DNA from: Octopus bimaculoides
Lineage: Eukaryota
Direction: 5' to 3'
Assembly (NCBI RefSeq): GCF_001194135.2
Contig: NC_068983.1
Span: forward strand, 23,809,751-23,873,750
DNA: 64,000 bases
Shown piece by piece: positions 24,400 through 39,030 of this stretch. The position numbers and the translations under genes are program-made. The notes below the pieces were generated by a model. It saw only the letters and a list, made by a program, of their open reading frames with translations. It searched no databases and was not told the origin of the DNA. Numbering within the stretch: position 1 is the stretch's first letter; every line of letters starts with the position of its first letter.

Positions 24400-24740
24400 A
24401 GTTGAAAGAAGACATAGATAAGATCAATGTTCAACATTTCCTGAGGAAAATCTGCCATATCTGGGACAATGATGTGTTAAATGAGAAGTTGTTCTACAAA
24501 ACTGGTTGCAATGGTGTGGTCTTTGAAATAAAGCTTGAATGGATGAGCTACACACTCAGAATTGGAAGGAATAAGATGCCAAAGATAGCTTCAAGATGGA
24601 CATACCTTGGAAAGTGAAAGCCCGAGCAGCAACCAAAGAATGTCTGGTAAAGAACAGTCGAAAGTGAGTCAAGAGAAATGGTTTTTACCTGGGCCAAGAC
24701 ACAAAGGGTTGCTAAAGACTGGTTTGAATAGCAACAAATT
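24400..24740 (+). mobile_element. RTE LINE C-terminal remnant
   Basis: FLRKICHIWDNDVLNEKLF...WMSYTLRIGRNKMPKIASRWTYLGK resembles RTE LRRILxIxW...WIGHTLR...PKIALRWTPQGKR. A 14-bp x3 repeat lies at 24362-24401. Confidence 0.7.
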
Positions 24741-25975
24741 GTCATATGCTTATTTGCTATTTGGGAAGAAGAGGGTTAAAGAAAATGGGAATGCAGGGAG
24801 TAATTTTCATTTTCTCATAATAGAGATGATAATCATGAAAATTTGTTGTTGTTGTTGTTGTTTAACCCCAGGTTAATCCTGATTAAGCAAATCTATGATC
24901 AAAGACATATTAGATCTGATCATTCCATTCTTTTGTGGGGGATTGTAGGATTATGTTACACAAATTGCTCTTTCCTTTCAAAAGAATATAATTCGAGATT
25001 TTGCTGCTATTTCTAGCATGTAAAGCAACCACATAAATGGTGCAAAATATAGATGGGCCTTTTTTCACTTCAGTTATTTCTCTTCTGTTAGTTTCTGACT
25101 ATGAAGTAGAAAATGTTGTATGTGAAAAAAAATCCTGTTTTAAACTGGGAAATAATATTCCCATCAAGGGAAAAAAACTCTTGATACCTTGTCCAAGATA
25201 AATGATTTAATCTCTTTGAAGAACAATGGGAAAATATACCAGGGGACAACAGAAATGGTTTGCTGAAGCATAGGTAGTTAGAAAATTAATTCAAATACTA
25301 GTGGGACCTGTGGAAATTCCATGGAATGGAAAAAATTAAGAGAACCTATTTAAGAAAGAAAGGATGATTTGTATTTTTATAGCATTCATAATTTAGCTTT
25401 CTTTAAATATTCTTGACATGTGTCTACATTTCCTCACATCTCCATCAGTGTTGACTTTTTCCTCTTTTTATTGTATCTTCTTGCTGTTCTTTTCTATATC
25501 CGTTCCATGCTCTATATCTGTGTATCCTTTCTTGAGCAGCTTGCAAGCATGTTTCTTGTGAATCCAGAGTTTAGGCTAAATTAAACCATATAAACAAATA
25601 TCAATTTTTTTCAAGTGAGCAGACGATAAATGATTGCACTTATGTGTATGCAATGGTTGTTATAAAAAAAATTAGTTCAATAAAAAAAGTACTTTTCAAT
25701 ATCAACAAACCACCACCACCACCACCACGCTGGAAGGCTGCGCCGGGATCCAGTCTGATTTGGCATGGTTTTCTACGGCTGGATATCCTTCCTAACACCA
25801 ACCACTCTGGGAGTGTAATGGGTGCTTTCACATGCAACTGGCACAGGTGCCATTTGTGTGACACTGGTATCTTCCACGACTGTGATTTTGCTTGGTTTGA
25901 TGGGTCTTCTTTTCAAGCACGACATAATGCCAAAGGTCTTGGTCATTGCCCCTCTGTGAGGCACAACACTTGAAA

Positions 25976-26330
25976 GGAGCTTGGCCACTTTGCCTCCATG
26001 GGGCCCAACGCTTGGAAGGAACTCAGCCATCCCACCTCCATGAGGCCCGTTCAAAAGGAACTCAGCCACTTCACCTCTGTGAGGCCCAACACTCAAAAGG
26101 AACTCAGCCACTTTACTTACACGTGGCCCAGGAGCTTGGCCACTTTGCCTCCATGAGGCCCAACACTTGAAAGGAACTCAGCCACATCGCCTCTGTGAGG
26201 CCCACTCAAAACGAACTCAGTTACCTCACCTCCGTGCGGCCCAACACTCGAAAGGTACTCAACCACTTTGCCTCCATGAGGCTCAATGCTCAAAAGGTAC
26301 TCAGCCACTTTCCCTAGGTGAGGCCCGACG
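25976..26330. repeat. ~39-42-bp minisatellite array inside a SINE (25725-26410, minus)
   Basis: About nine units of gaactcagccacttcacctctgtgaggcccaacactcaaaag. Confidence 0.85.
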
Positions 26331-27305
26331 TCCAGGGTTGATCTTTTTTTTTACAAGCCACCAGCACAGGTGCACTTGGCTTGATGGGCCCTCTTAAGCA
26401 GAGCACATTGCCAAAGGTATCTATAATGTTTATTTAAAATTTTGGCACAAGGACAGCAATTTCAGGGGAAAGAATAAGTCCGTTACATCAACCTTAGTAT
26501 TTAACTGGTACTTATTTTATCGACCTTGAAAAGATGAAAGGCAAAGTCAACCTTGACAGTGTTTGAACTCAGAACATAAAGGCAGATGAAATGCCGCTAA
26601 GCATTTCACCCAGCGTGCTAACAATTCTGCCAGCTCACCACCGTTTTCATTCCTATTATTAAAGAAATATATGTTTGCTAAATTTATTTTTTCTCTGACA
26701 GGTAAAGTACTATAATTATTAGGTATCAGTAAATTCCAACTTTCATCAAGATAAGAATTAAATTTATGATATGTTCCGAATAGAAAAGTTATTGTTTATT
26801 TTATTTCATTTGTTTATTTATATATTTATTTATTTATTGCACAATCAGTTAGCCAAGTTTTCATGATCTGTGTGATTTAAGAGTCAATAAGATTTTGTGC
26901 CAATTAATTTAAAATGCATTTTGTCGGATTGTTGGAAAACACCCAAAACCTTTCAATTTAATTCATATTTTATTATGAAGATTGTTTTACAAGAAATAAT
27001 GTTTAAAAATCCAACAATAACAACAACAGCAACAACAACAACAGAAAAATGAAGTTTGGAATATTGTTTTGGTAGTTTGTTTAAAAATCAATTATTTTCT
27101 GTTGAGAGAGTAGCAGAAACCTTTACGATTTATTATCTTGTTAAAAATATATACATTTTTAACAAGAAATAAGCACTTATTTTAGATTACCACGAGAGAT
27201 GTGAGTATAATTAATTTACAGCCAATGTCTTATCTTCATGAAATTTAACTGAAATTATTTCTGTGTCTGGAGTTAAATTTGACATTTTTAAATAGATTTA
27301 TTGAT

Positions 27306-27500
27306 ATGACCGTTGTTGCTCCTGTCTCCACTATCTTCTGCTCTAGCTGCGTGCCTCTCTGTAAGTTAAAATGACCATTGCTGTTCCTGTCCCCACTATC
27401 TTCTGCTCTAGCTACGTGCCTCTCTGTAAGTTAAAATGATCATTGTTGTTCCTGTCCCTACTATCTTCTGCTCTAGCTGCGTGCCTCTCTGTAAGTTTAA
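27306..27500. repeat. Three tandem 65-bp units
   Basis: Units start at 27306, 27371 and 27436 and are near-identical. Confidence 0.95.
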
Positions 27501-30500
27501 ACATTGTAAATATCAACATGGTTAATTTAACATCTTTTACTTAAAGTGAGAATATTTCTCCATGGCAAACTGCAGTGAAATTCCTCTGTACCAGTTAAAT
27601 ATGTCCCAAACATATTTGAACTGATCTAAAGTTTGTTTATATAGAGTATCACTGCTTTGAGTGTCATATATATACTCCGTGGCAAACCGTGGCAGAAGTG
27701 TCTCTTTACAGGTCAAATGTGTCTCAAACTTATTTAAACTGATCTAAAAGTGAACGGTACCTCAATGGTGTGAGAAAACTTAGAAATATTTTGGGTGAGA
27801 CTGACTGAAATAGCTGAATTAAACTTACTGTCATAAATACTTTATCCTTTCATCTTTTTCTTTTATTATTTTCAAAAGCTAATGAAACATTCTTGACTGA
27901 AATAGAAAGCAATGAACGATCCATCGTTGTCTCTAAATTGGTTCTGTTTTAGTTCCAGTTAAATTTGATAGCAAGAAACATTTGAAGTACTTTGGATTGT
28001 TGGCAACATGACAACAAACTGTCTCAGTTGTTGTTTAACCCCAGGTCGCCCTGATTGAGCAGACCTATCATCAGATGCATTCCAAGCATTATCATGCCAT
28101 TTATTTATATTTTTTTTTTCATACATACTACATCTATGGCTACATAATCCAATGCACCTTTCCTTTTTAATATAGCAAGAAGTGAATTAAACTATATCTG
28201 GCTGCTGTTTCTACCAAACTGAGCAACCACATGGAAGCTCTCCTTTATCATTGGCTTGTAAACTAATGCAGTAGACTGTAATGCAGAGTTAGGTATGTTG
28301 GATATGTTAACAACTAGATGAAAAGGAAGTATCTTGCCATTCAGACAATGTTTTTGTTTAACTTACCATTAATATTGTAAAAGTTCAGTGAGCGAGCTGC
28401 CATCAAATTAGTAGTTATATGCTTCATAACAAATTTAACGCTGGAAAGTCACGTTTTGAAAATATTGCTGCCTCAGATGTTATCTACTTGTTTGTAACAA
28501 GTGCACGAAACTGATCAGATAGCAGAAAACAAATAATATGCGAAAATTAAGGGGAAACAACAACAGTAGTTTCTCATTATTTGGAAAAGGTTTTAAAAAT
28601 AAATTCCAAACATACCTTCGAGTAGAAAGAAATGCTGTTTTGTCTTCCATTATAATTCTATTCACAGCATTATAGAAATATAAACTAACTCTAGTGCTTC
28701 ACTGGTATTTTATTTTATCAAACCTGGAAGGAGGAAAAGCAAAGTTGGCCTTGGTGATATTTGAGCTTAAAATGTAAAATACTGTAATTTGAATACTGCT
28801 GGGCAGATTTTGCATTTTTTGTTTTTTTCTGAAACTCTAATGGTTCTGCCATTCTACTGCCAAGTTAATTCTTTGATAACATATCTAATGCAGAGACTAG
28901 CAAAAGGCAAACGCAAAAAAATATATATTAGTTATTGACTACTATATTTTCGTTGAGTACAATGTGATCTCAGATATACTGACTCCTATCAAATTTTGTA
29001 CTCAAAAATCAATAAAATATTTTCTCCTCTTATCTTTTAGTTTACTTTCAAATATAATGATAACTAACTATTTTGACTTTGATATTTTGTATCACATTTC
29101 TTGCAATACTGCACAAATAAATATAATAATAGTATTTCGATTTTTTTTAGTAAGTATGGGAGATAACTCGAGATATGTTTCCATACTATTAAAACCTTCT
29201 TAGGGAAGCACATACTTCACTGTGCTTGGTGATGAGGGTATTGCTTTGTGTACATAGAAGATTGTATACTCGTTGGGGTAGAACAGTTTCTCAATGACAT
29301 TGACATTGTAGTGCAAATGGAGATCTAATAAAAACTGCTGGCACATTTTACATGGAAGGCTAAAAATTACAGTCACACTTCAATAGATGTAAGCATGACA
29401 ATTGGCACTGGTGTGACTGTGTGGTTGAGAAGCTTGCTTTATAATTGTGTAGGTTCAGTCTCACTGTGTGGAACCTTAGGCAAGTATCTTCTACTATTAC
29501 TTCATACTGACCCATACCTAATAAGTGGATTTGGTAGATAGAAACTGAAGGAAGCCCATCATATATTTGTGTGTGTATGTCTGTCTGTAAGAGTGTGTAG
29601 ATGTGTATGTATATATGTGCGTATGTGTGTACACTTGCGTGATAGTTGTTGTTGGGTAAAGTTGTTCGTTTTCAGTCTTCTTTGGAAAACATGTCTAGCC
29701 ATGGCGAAGTATTACCTTGCTTGGAAACAGGTATGGGCTGGTGACAGGAAAGGCATCTGGCCATAGAAAAATCTGCCACAGGAAATCACACCTGATCCAT
29801 ACAAGCATGGAAAAGTGGACATTAAATGCTACTGCTGCTGCTAATGATGATGATGATGGTGACGATGATGATGGTGACGATGATGATGACGATGATGGTG
29901 ATGACGATGGTGATGATGATGACGACGACTACGATGATGATGGTGATGGTGATGGTAATGACTCTGTATAAGGAATTAAGATTACTGGTACAGTTTACTC
30001 GGGAAATTAAAAATTGTCAGTGCACTTTGTAGAGGAAGTTAAAGGAAGACTTATGTTTTAAAGGTAAAAATTGAGAAAAAAATATAGAAAACCATTGCTT
30101 AACTTAATGACATTTATGCAATAACAAAATTATGAAGAACTCATTTTTCAAGACACTCAAGTATCAGAACAGATTTCTAAATCTTTAAAGTATATCTTTA
30201 ACAATCTGTAGTGCACCTAGATGCCTCTTGTGACATATCATAGCACTATGATGTGCTGTTTGAAAACAACTGATAAGGGAAGAAAAAATAGAAATTTTTG
30301 AAGAATAAATTATTCCAAGAGAAATTAGTTTCTAGTGAACTATCACCATAATTTCCGCTTCTGTTCTTCTTGATTACAGGCAATTCCATTGAAGTTGCTA
30401 AACACCTTTGGAGGAAATATAAGCATTTGCAACAGCTTATTCGTTGTTAACAGTAAATCTAAGCCCATATATTTATATGAGAAATCAATATTAACTGCGG

Positions 30501-31141
30501 TTATGAGCTAAAATATAAATATATTTTGAGCACTCACTTTCTTTTTTAGCCTTGATATTTCGGAAGTATATAATTTCCATTAATTTTCATTTAGATTTTA
30601 ATATAACCTCATTGATATTTTTACTTAATTCACTTAGCTTGTACTTTTCAAATTACTTAAAACTTCATCCTGTTTTCTCTCCCTTTGCTAGAATTTTATA
30701 CATGTTATAACATCTACATATTTTATGATTGCCTATCATTCTTTATTTATTAAAACTCCAAGCCAACAAAATTTTTATCTCAGAAAAACAAAACAAATTA
30801 TTTAAGAATTTAATTTGTTTTATTAAAAAAAAAAACTTATTCTCCATCGAATTTTGTTCTGTGGCTGTAGAAACATACACACACACACACACACACACAT
30901 CACGAAATGCTTAGTGTGGTGGAAAACGAGTAAAATGTGTTTTATCACTCAAGATAGAAGCTTTCCATTTGTGTTTTCTTTTCTTTTTTTTTTTCCACTG
31001 AAATGAAAATTTTTAAATATTTTACTCTAGAAACTTTCTTTTCAATCCTCCAAAGAATTGCTCATGCTTCTGAGATAAATCTATGTTCATTTTGAACTCC
31101 ATTTTGTCTATTGATTTTATTTTAGTGAAGGAATGTGTATT

Positions 31142-31207
<66 letters not shown>

Positions 31208-32049
31208 CGCGCGCGCGTGTGTGTGTGTGTGTGTGCACTAGTTAATTACACTAAACCAAGATCTTGTCATATGCTGGAAAGTCTGGTATATTCAAAAAAT
31301 TCTGCAACCATTTTGTTTGAGCATGTGTATTAGTTGGGAAATGTTATACAGATGGGTTTTAAGTTTGCTTTCATTTTAAACAAAAGATATAAAAAATAAG
31401 CAAGAAAAAAAAAAAAAAGAAAAATTAAGAAAAATATATTTTTGAATTAGGAACCTGTAGAAAAATGTAGTAGCATTAGTAGCATACTGAAGACAATAGA
31501 AGCTAAAGATATGAAATACATATAAATAGAGCATTAATAGTACATGCAGGATATAGACTTTTATGATATATGTTTGTGTGATAGAAATATTAAAGCATCT
31601 CTTGAATATATGATTACATAAAGTGAAGGCATAACTGTACACTAAAAAAAGTTCACCATAAAGTCTCAATGCAAGGTGTCTTGAGCAGGTACCTTCTGCT
31701 ATTGGCCTGGGTTGACCAAAGCCTTATGAGTGGATTTGGCAGACAGAAACCATAAAGAAGCTTTCACAGGTGTGGCTGTTCGGCAGGAAAGCATACTTCC
31801 CAACCACATGGTTCCAAGTTCAGTTCCACTGCATGGCACCTTGGTGAAGAGTCTTCTACTATAGCCTCAGGCTGACCAAATCATTGTGAGTGGATTTGGT
31901 TTATGGAAGCTGAAAGAGGCCCATTATTGTAAAACATAACTGTAAAACATATAACTATCACCACCACTACATGAACCTGAAGATGGCATATTTTAATGCA
32001 TGAAAGTACTAGTTCAATCAGAACGGACATTTAATATTCTATCATTTCA

Positions 32050-32190
32050 TTATATTATATTATATCATATTATATTATATTATATTATATTATATTATAT
32101 TATATTATGTTATATTATATTATATTATATTATGTTATATTATATTATATTATATTATATTATATTATGTTATATTATATTATATTATTA
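32050..32190. repeat. (TATTA)n pentanucleotide microsatellite
   Basis: Direct reading. Confidence 0.95.
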
Positions 32191-32271
32191 TAAGAGTTGC
32201 TAGGTTACAGGGATGTAAACAGACCAACATCAGTTTGTCAAGTGATGGTGGTGGGGGACAAACACAAAGAT

Positions 32272-32302
<31 letters not shown>

Positions 32303-33173
32303 CAAACATACATGTATATATGACAGGCTTCTTTCAGTTTCCATCTACCAAATCCATTCACAAGGCTTCTTACCACACAGCCATGCCTAATTAAAACCGT
32401 TTCTCTCAGCTCCATGTGACTTAAAGTTTTGTGGGCCTCTAACAGAAGTCCATTTCTTTCAGGCTTCAGATTTCTGATTTGGCGATCTTAAAGCTTGAAA
32501 GAGACAAGCTTCTGTTTGAAATGATACATGTAACTCCTACCAAATGTGCTGAGTGTCCTTTTCTTTCATTTGTCCACTCACTTGTGTGTGTGTGTGTGTG
32601 TGTGTGTGTGATTGTTCGTATTTGTGTTTCTCCAATAATTGCAAGCTTCAAGTGTTGTTATTTTCATATGAATATATCATGTACTGGCTTGGCACCTTCG
32701 AAGACATGTGAAATAAGGGAAACCTTACTTAAAAATAGATAAGAGTTAGTGACAGGAATAATGTATTCATCTAAACTATGGCTACATAGAAAAAAATTAT
32801 GATGGGCGTACAAATGAACGTATATATCATATTATGTTGTATTATATAACAAACAATGGTGTATCATTGCAACTGTATCTCTGGATTCACTTGTGCTTAT
32901 GCTGCTATATTCTTGATAATTAAATACTGTTTATTCCCTTTGTGTCTTCTCTAGAGGCAGTTGAAGTTTATGTGCTCACAAGGGATTCTCCAGTCTGAAG
33001 AAGACAACATTTGGAGAGCTTCTGTGTGTGTGTGTGTGTGTGTGTATGCATGTACTTACAAGCAATAGTCAGCTGCTAGAAACCTGACTTTGTAATGTAC
33101 GGTTAATTTAAATTTTCATCTGTATATTTAACCTTTTCTTTGAACTAGTAAACCAAGAAGGGGACCATTATAC

Positions 33174-33500
33174 TAGTGGTTCTCAACCATTTTTTTACAT
33201 GTGGACCCCTTCGTTTACTAATTTATTTCTGGTGGACCCTACACCCATTCGATGTTTAAAATCTAGTTTTATAGACACTTTTCTCAAAATTCTTATTTTG
33301 TATCTCACACATTAGCTTGCATAGGTTGAATTATGTAGAATGTTACAGAAAGGAACCTAGTTGTTTCTTGCAATGCATACATTTAAATTAAAACTTTTCA
33401 TGGACCTTTAAAATAGCCCAACTTATTATCTTGCTAGCATGGACCCCAAAATCTTATATAGACCCCTAGGGGTCATATGAACTCTGGTTGAGAAGCACTG
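33174..33500. mobile_element. hAT-Charlie-like MITE
   Basis: TIRs tagtggttctcaacc (33174) and ggttgagaagcactg (33486-33500). The 8-bp flanks do not match, but both have a central TA. Confidence 0.7.
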
Positions 33501-34874
33501 TGCTATGTGGTTGTTAGGCCTGCCAGAAATAGCAGTAAAGTTTACTTCAAATCACATCCTGTTGTCTTCAAAGAGAAAAGACACACTTGGAAATGTAGTC
33601 CTAGATGTACTTCTCCTAGGTTTCATTGTAAGTTTTTTCATTCATCAAAACTTAACTTTATCACATTCTCTTTCTCCTCTCTAGGTTTTCTGGATATCAT
33701 ACAACAGCTATATTTTATGATTCCCTATCGTTCTTTATTTATTAAAAATCCCAAGCCAACAAAATTTCATCTCAGAAAAAGAAAAAAAAAACATATCTAA
33801 AAATTTAATATGCTTTATTAAAAAACATGTTTATTTCCCATCAAATTTTATTTGGCAGTTGTTGAAACATACACACACATCACAAAGTGGTTAGTGCAGT
33901 GGAAAACAAGTATCAACAACTGAGGTTAAACAACAAATGACTTGAGATATATTTTGGTCAAAGATTGGCCCAGATCATGCTTTTATCAAGGCAGAACCGT
34001 TAGTTTGTCAAACAAATTGCTTAGCTGCATTTCGTCCATCTTTACATTCTGAGTTCAAATTCTTCCAAAATCGCTTTGTGTTTCATCCTTTCAGGGTTGA
34101 TAAAACAAGTATCAGTTGAACACTGGGGCTGATGTAAAATCAACTGGCCCTAAATTTTAGCTTTGTGCTTATAACAGAGAAAATTATATTCTGGTTCATA
34201 GTCCATAACCAGGAGTACATTGACTTTCCTTTAATACATTGCATTAACATGTTAACCACTACATGTACCACTGGTGGTTCATCACAAACTTCACACAACT
34301 ACCAGTAACAGGCCATGGCTGTTAATATGTTATGACAAAAATCTTTGAAACAATTTATGAGTAATTTTCATTCACTCCCTCACATAGGAATTTGTCTTTT
34401 TCGAGTGGAAAGAGTACTTGATATTCAACTTAGAAGTTAATGGTTTGGGACATTTTTCTGACACTGCTACTGTGTATATAGTCAAAGACATAACTGGCAC
34501 TCTGACTATATATGACTTTTTTTCAGTTTCTATCTTCCAAATCCAGTCACAAGCCTTTGGTTGGTCTGGGCTATAGTAGAAGACATTTTGTTTCCAAAAT
34601 TGCCATTCCATGAAATCAAAACCATGTAGTTGGGATGCAAATTTCTAAATCACAAAACCATGCTTGAAACTCTAATACATTATGGTATTCCAAAACTAAA
34701 TGTTGTCACAATTTTAGCCAACCTTATTGATTTTCATGTAAGGTCTGTTATTATTCCTCTGGTCTTTTCATGTTGAAACCACTGAGCCACAGGATGTAGA
34801 GCTTACAAGAGATGCAAAGTTAACATTACCAATGTCCATTCTGCATCTAGGCATAGAATAAACATTCACGCATG

Positions 34875-34926
<52 letters not shown>

Positions 34927-37134
34927 AACTCACATACACACTTATACACACACAGGCAGACACATACAGTCATACATGCATACATGCATTCAATAGTCTT
35001 CTGTACAGTTTCTATTGATCAGTTTCACTTACAAGGCATCTTGTCAGCCCAAAGATGTAACAGATAACACTTGATCAAGATGACATGCAGAGGGATAGAA
35101 CCCTAAACTATTTAGTTATGAAGCGAATTTTGTTATCCATCTTCCATCTTTTACCTTTTACTTGTATCAGTCATTTAACTGCAGCACCACCTTGAGGAGG
35201 TTTAGTCGAACTAATCGACCCCAGGACATTTTTTCCTAAGCCTAGTCCTTATTCTGTCGATCTCTTGTGTTAAACTGTTAAGTTACAGGGATGTAAATAC
35301 ACCAACACCAGTTGTCAAGCAGTGATGGGGGAACAAACACAGACACAAAGACATATCATCATCATCATCCTCATCATCGTTTAATGTCCGCTTTCCATGC
35401 TAGCATGGGTTGGACGATTTGACTGAGGACTAACAACCAGATGGCTACACCAGGCTCCAATCTGATTTGGCAGAGTTTCTACAGCTGGATGCCCTTCCTC
35501 ACACCAACCACTCTGAGAGTATAGTGGGTGCTTTTACATGCCACCGGCNNNNNNNNNNCAGCTGGATGCCCTTCCTCACACCAACCACTCTGAGAGTATA
35601 GTGGGTGCTTTTACATGCCACCGGCACGAAGGCCAGTCAGGCGGTACTGGCAATGGCCACGCTCAAAATGGTGTATTTTACGTGCCACCTGCACAGGAGC
35701 CAGTCCAGTGGCACTGGCAACGATCTTGCTCGAATGTCTTTACACTCATATATATATACTTATTTATATGTGATGGACTTCTTTCAGTTTCCATGTGCCA
35801 AATCCACTCACAAGGCTTTGGTCAGCCCAAGGCTACAGTAGTAGACACTTGTCCAAAGTGCTACTCAGTGGGATTGAACCCAGAACCATAACGTTAGGAA
35901 GCAAGCTTCTTATCACATAGCCATGCCTCATGCCCACGCCCACACCATATCAATATTTTATATTCAGCATTTTATATTTAAAATTTATACAGGTCATTCT
36001 TTGCAACTGTTGTTCTCTGATGGCAGTTCTTCTATTGATATTGATGCCTTGTATTATGTACCAGGAAGTTTTGTTGTAAATAAAATAAAATTACGATATA
36101 TAGTAATAAATAAGAACTATAAATTTTAACAGTTAACTATTTAAAAATAGAATTCCAATCATGTTTTCAATGGCAGATTCTACAACACACACACACACCC
36201 ACACTTGCATGTAGTGTTCAAAAATTGAAAGTAAACTTTATTTTCCATGACCTTTTAACTAAAGATTTGTAGTGTGTACTTATATATTGGTGTTAATTGT
36301 TATTACTTTTATTTTGTCATAAAATCTGTTTTTGAAAGAAAGAGAGTGAGATAAAGGGGAAAAAATGTGAAAGGAAAAATTAATGAAAAGAAAAATCCAT
36401 ATAACTGCTAGGAAAATATCGCTAAACGACTTGTAATTTACAGTGTTTAAGGTCAAAAAAATTCTTCAGAATTCAGCGTGTATAGAAACCCAAGAGAAAC
36501 AGAAATGTCAATTTGAATGTTATTTTGTAAAGTCTGTAATAATGATATAACAATGTGATATTTTCAAAACAGTCCATAAATATCATCCATGTGATAGAAG
36601 AGAAAAATAGCACGGAGATAAACTGTCATCACATTGTTAGAGAATCTCTTTTTGACTCAGATGACTGCTCAACTATAAGCACAATAAAGGTGATACCACC
36701 TACTCCTACCAAATAGGTCAGCTTGATTTCTAGTATGTTAATATGTTTGAAAAACATGACAAGTAGTTCGTAGATGGTTTATAGTTTTCTTTTACAGTTT
36801 GAAATCTTCAAAATTTTGGCGATATTAAGTGATTTTTTTATAGTTTTGTACTGGTTTCATTCCATTATTAATGCCAGACTGTGTTTCTGGTGAAGTTTGC
36901 TTCTCAACCACATGGGTTCAGGTTCAGTCCCACTATGTGGCATCTTGGGAAAGTGTCTTCTGCTATAGTCTCAGGCCATATTTTTCAGGCTTTTATAGCA
37001 ATAAAACTGAGTACCATTGTCAAATTGCTGGTTATTGGTTTTTGCACTAATAAACCTCCTTGTAGACCATAATTATTGGGCATCAGTAAATGTAATATAA
37101 ATAAGTAGCTAAAATAAAATTACACCTTTGAATT

Positions 37135-38350
37135 CCTCCTCCTCCTCCTGCTCCCTCTCCCTTCCTCCTCCTGCTCCCTCTCCCTTCCTCCTCCTGCTCC
37201 CTCTCCCTTCCTCCTCCTGCTCCCTCTCCCTTCCTCCTCCTGCTCNNNNNNNNNNNNNNNNNNNNNNNNNNNNNNNNNNNNNNNNNNNNNNNNNNNNNNN
37301 NNNNNNNNNNNNNNNNNNNNNNNNNNNNNNNNNNNNNNNNNNNNNNNNNNNNNNNNNNNNNNNNNNNNNNNNNNNNNNNNNNNNNNNNNNNNNNNNNNNN
37401 NNNNNNNNNNNNNNNNNNNNNNNNNNNNNNNNNNNNNNNNNNNNNNNNNNNNNNNNNNNNNNNNNNNNNNNNNNNNNNNNNNNNNNNNNNNNNNNNNNNN
37501 NNNNNNNNNNNNNNNNNNNNNNNNNNNNNNNNNNNNNNNNNNNNNNNNNNNNNNNNNNNNNNNNNNNNNNNNNNNNNNNNNNNNNNNNNNNNNNNNNNNN
37601 NNNNNNNNNNNNNNNNNNNNNNNNNNNNNNNNNNNNNNNNNNNNNNNNNNNNNNNNNNNNNNNNNNNNNNNNNNNNNNNNNNNNNNNNNNNNNNNNNNNN
37701 NNNNNNNNNNNNNNNNNNNNNNNNNNNNNNNNNNNNNNNNNNNNNNNNNNNNNNNNNNNNNNNNNNNNNNNNNNNNNNNNNNNNNNNNNNNNNNNNNNNN
37801 NNNNNNNNNNNNNNNNNNNNNNNNNNNNNNNNNNNNNNNNNNNNNNNNNNNNNNNNNNNNNNNNNNNNNNNNNNNNNNNNNNNNNNNNNNNNNNNNNNNN
37901 NNNNNNNNNNNNNNNNNNNNNNNNNNNNNNNNNNNNNNNNNNNNNNNNNNNNNNNNNNNNNNNNNNNNNNNNNNNNNNNNNNNNNNNNNNNNNNNNNNNN
38001 NNNNNNNNNNNNNNNNNNNNNNNNNNNNNNNNNNNNNNNNNNNNNNNNNNNNNNNNNNNNNNNNNNNNNNNNNNNNNNNNNNNNNNNNNNNNNNNNNNNN
38101 NNNNNNNNNNNNNNNNNNNNNNNNNNNNNNNNNNNNNNNNNNNNNNNNNNNNNNNNNNNNNNNNNNNNNNNNNNNNNCCCTCCATCTCTTCCCTCACTCC
38201 ATCTACTCTCTAACTCCATCTCCTCCCTCACTCCATCTCCTCCCTCACTCCATCTCGTCCCTCACTCCATCTTCTCCCTTCCTCTCCTCCCGTCCTCCTC
38301 CTCCCGTCTTCCACCTCCCGTCTTCCTCCTCTCGTCCTCCTCCTCCCCTC
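37135..38350. repeat. Polypyrimidine minisatellite (24-bp cctcctcctgctccctctcccttc; 16-bp ccctcactccatct-type) flanking gap 37246-38177
   Basis: Direct reading on both sides of the gap. Confidence 0.85.
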
Positions 38351-38517
38351 CTTTTGTAGGGCTGCATGATTAATGACACTCACAAACAAAGCTTTTTTTT
38401 TATTGCACTTTGTATTTTCTGTGTCGCTCTTTGGATGAAAAATAATGACATTTACACATCAGGAGAGACATACAGATGGAATCTATAACAATTTATATAT
38501 ATCAATCTGTGGCTGGG

Positions 38518-38548
<31 letters not shown>

Positions 38549-39030
38549 TTAACTATCATTTTCCATGCTGGCAATGGGTCAGACAGTTTGACCAGGGATG
38601 GCAAGCTGACGGGCTGTACCAGTCTCCAGTCTGATTTGGTATGGTTCCTACAGTTGGATGCCCTTCCTATCATCAACCATTCTGAGAATGTAATGGCTGC
38701 TTTTACGTGCTGCTGGCACAGGTGCCAGTTGTGTGACACCAATATCTGCCACAACTATGATTTCACTTGGCTTGATGGGTCTTCCACTCAAGCATGGCGT
38801 ATTGCCAAGGGTCTCAGTCATTTGTCATTGTCCATGAGACCCCGTGCTTGAAAGGTGCTTTTTATGTGCCACTGGCACAGGTGTAAGTTACATGACATCA
38901 GCATTAGCCATGACTGCGATTTCACTTGGCTTGCTGGGTCTTCTCAAGCATAGCATATTATCAAAATCTCAGTCATTAGTCATTACCTCCGTGAGGCCCA
39001 ATGTTTTTCCTAGGTCTACCTCTTTCAAAG

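Noticed and set aside
25976-26330. CRISPR-like repeat array
   Set aside because: Units are contiguous with no unique spacers, there are no cas genes, and the context is a eukaryotic SINE.
35482-35625. Exact 67-bp duplication on both sides of a 10-N gap
   Set aside because: Identical sequence flanking a minimal gap is typical of an unmerged contig overlap, i.e. an assembly artefact.
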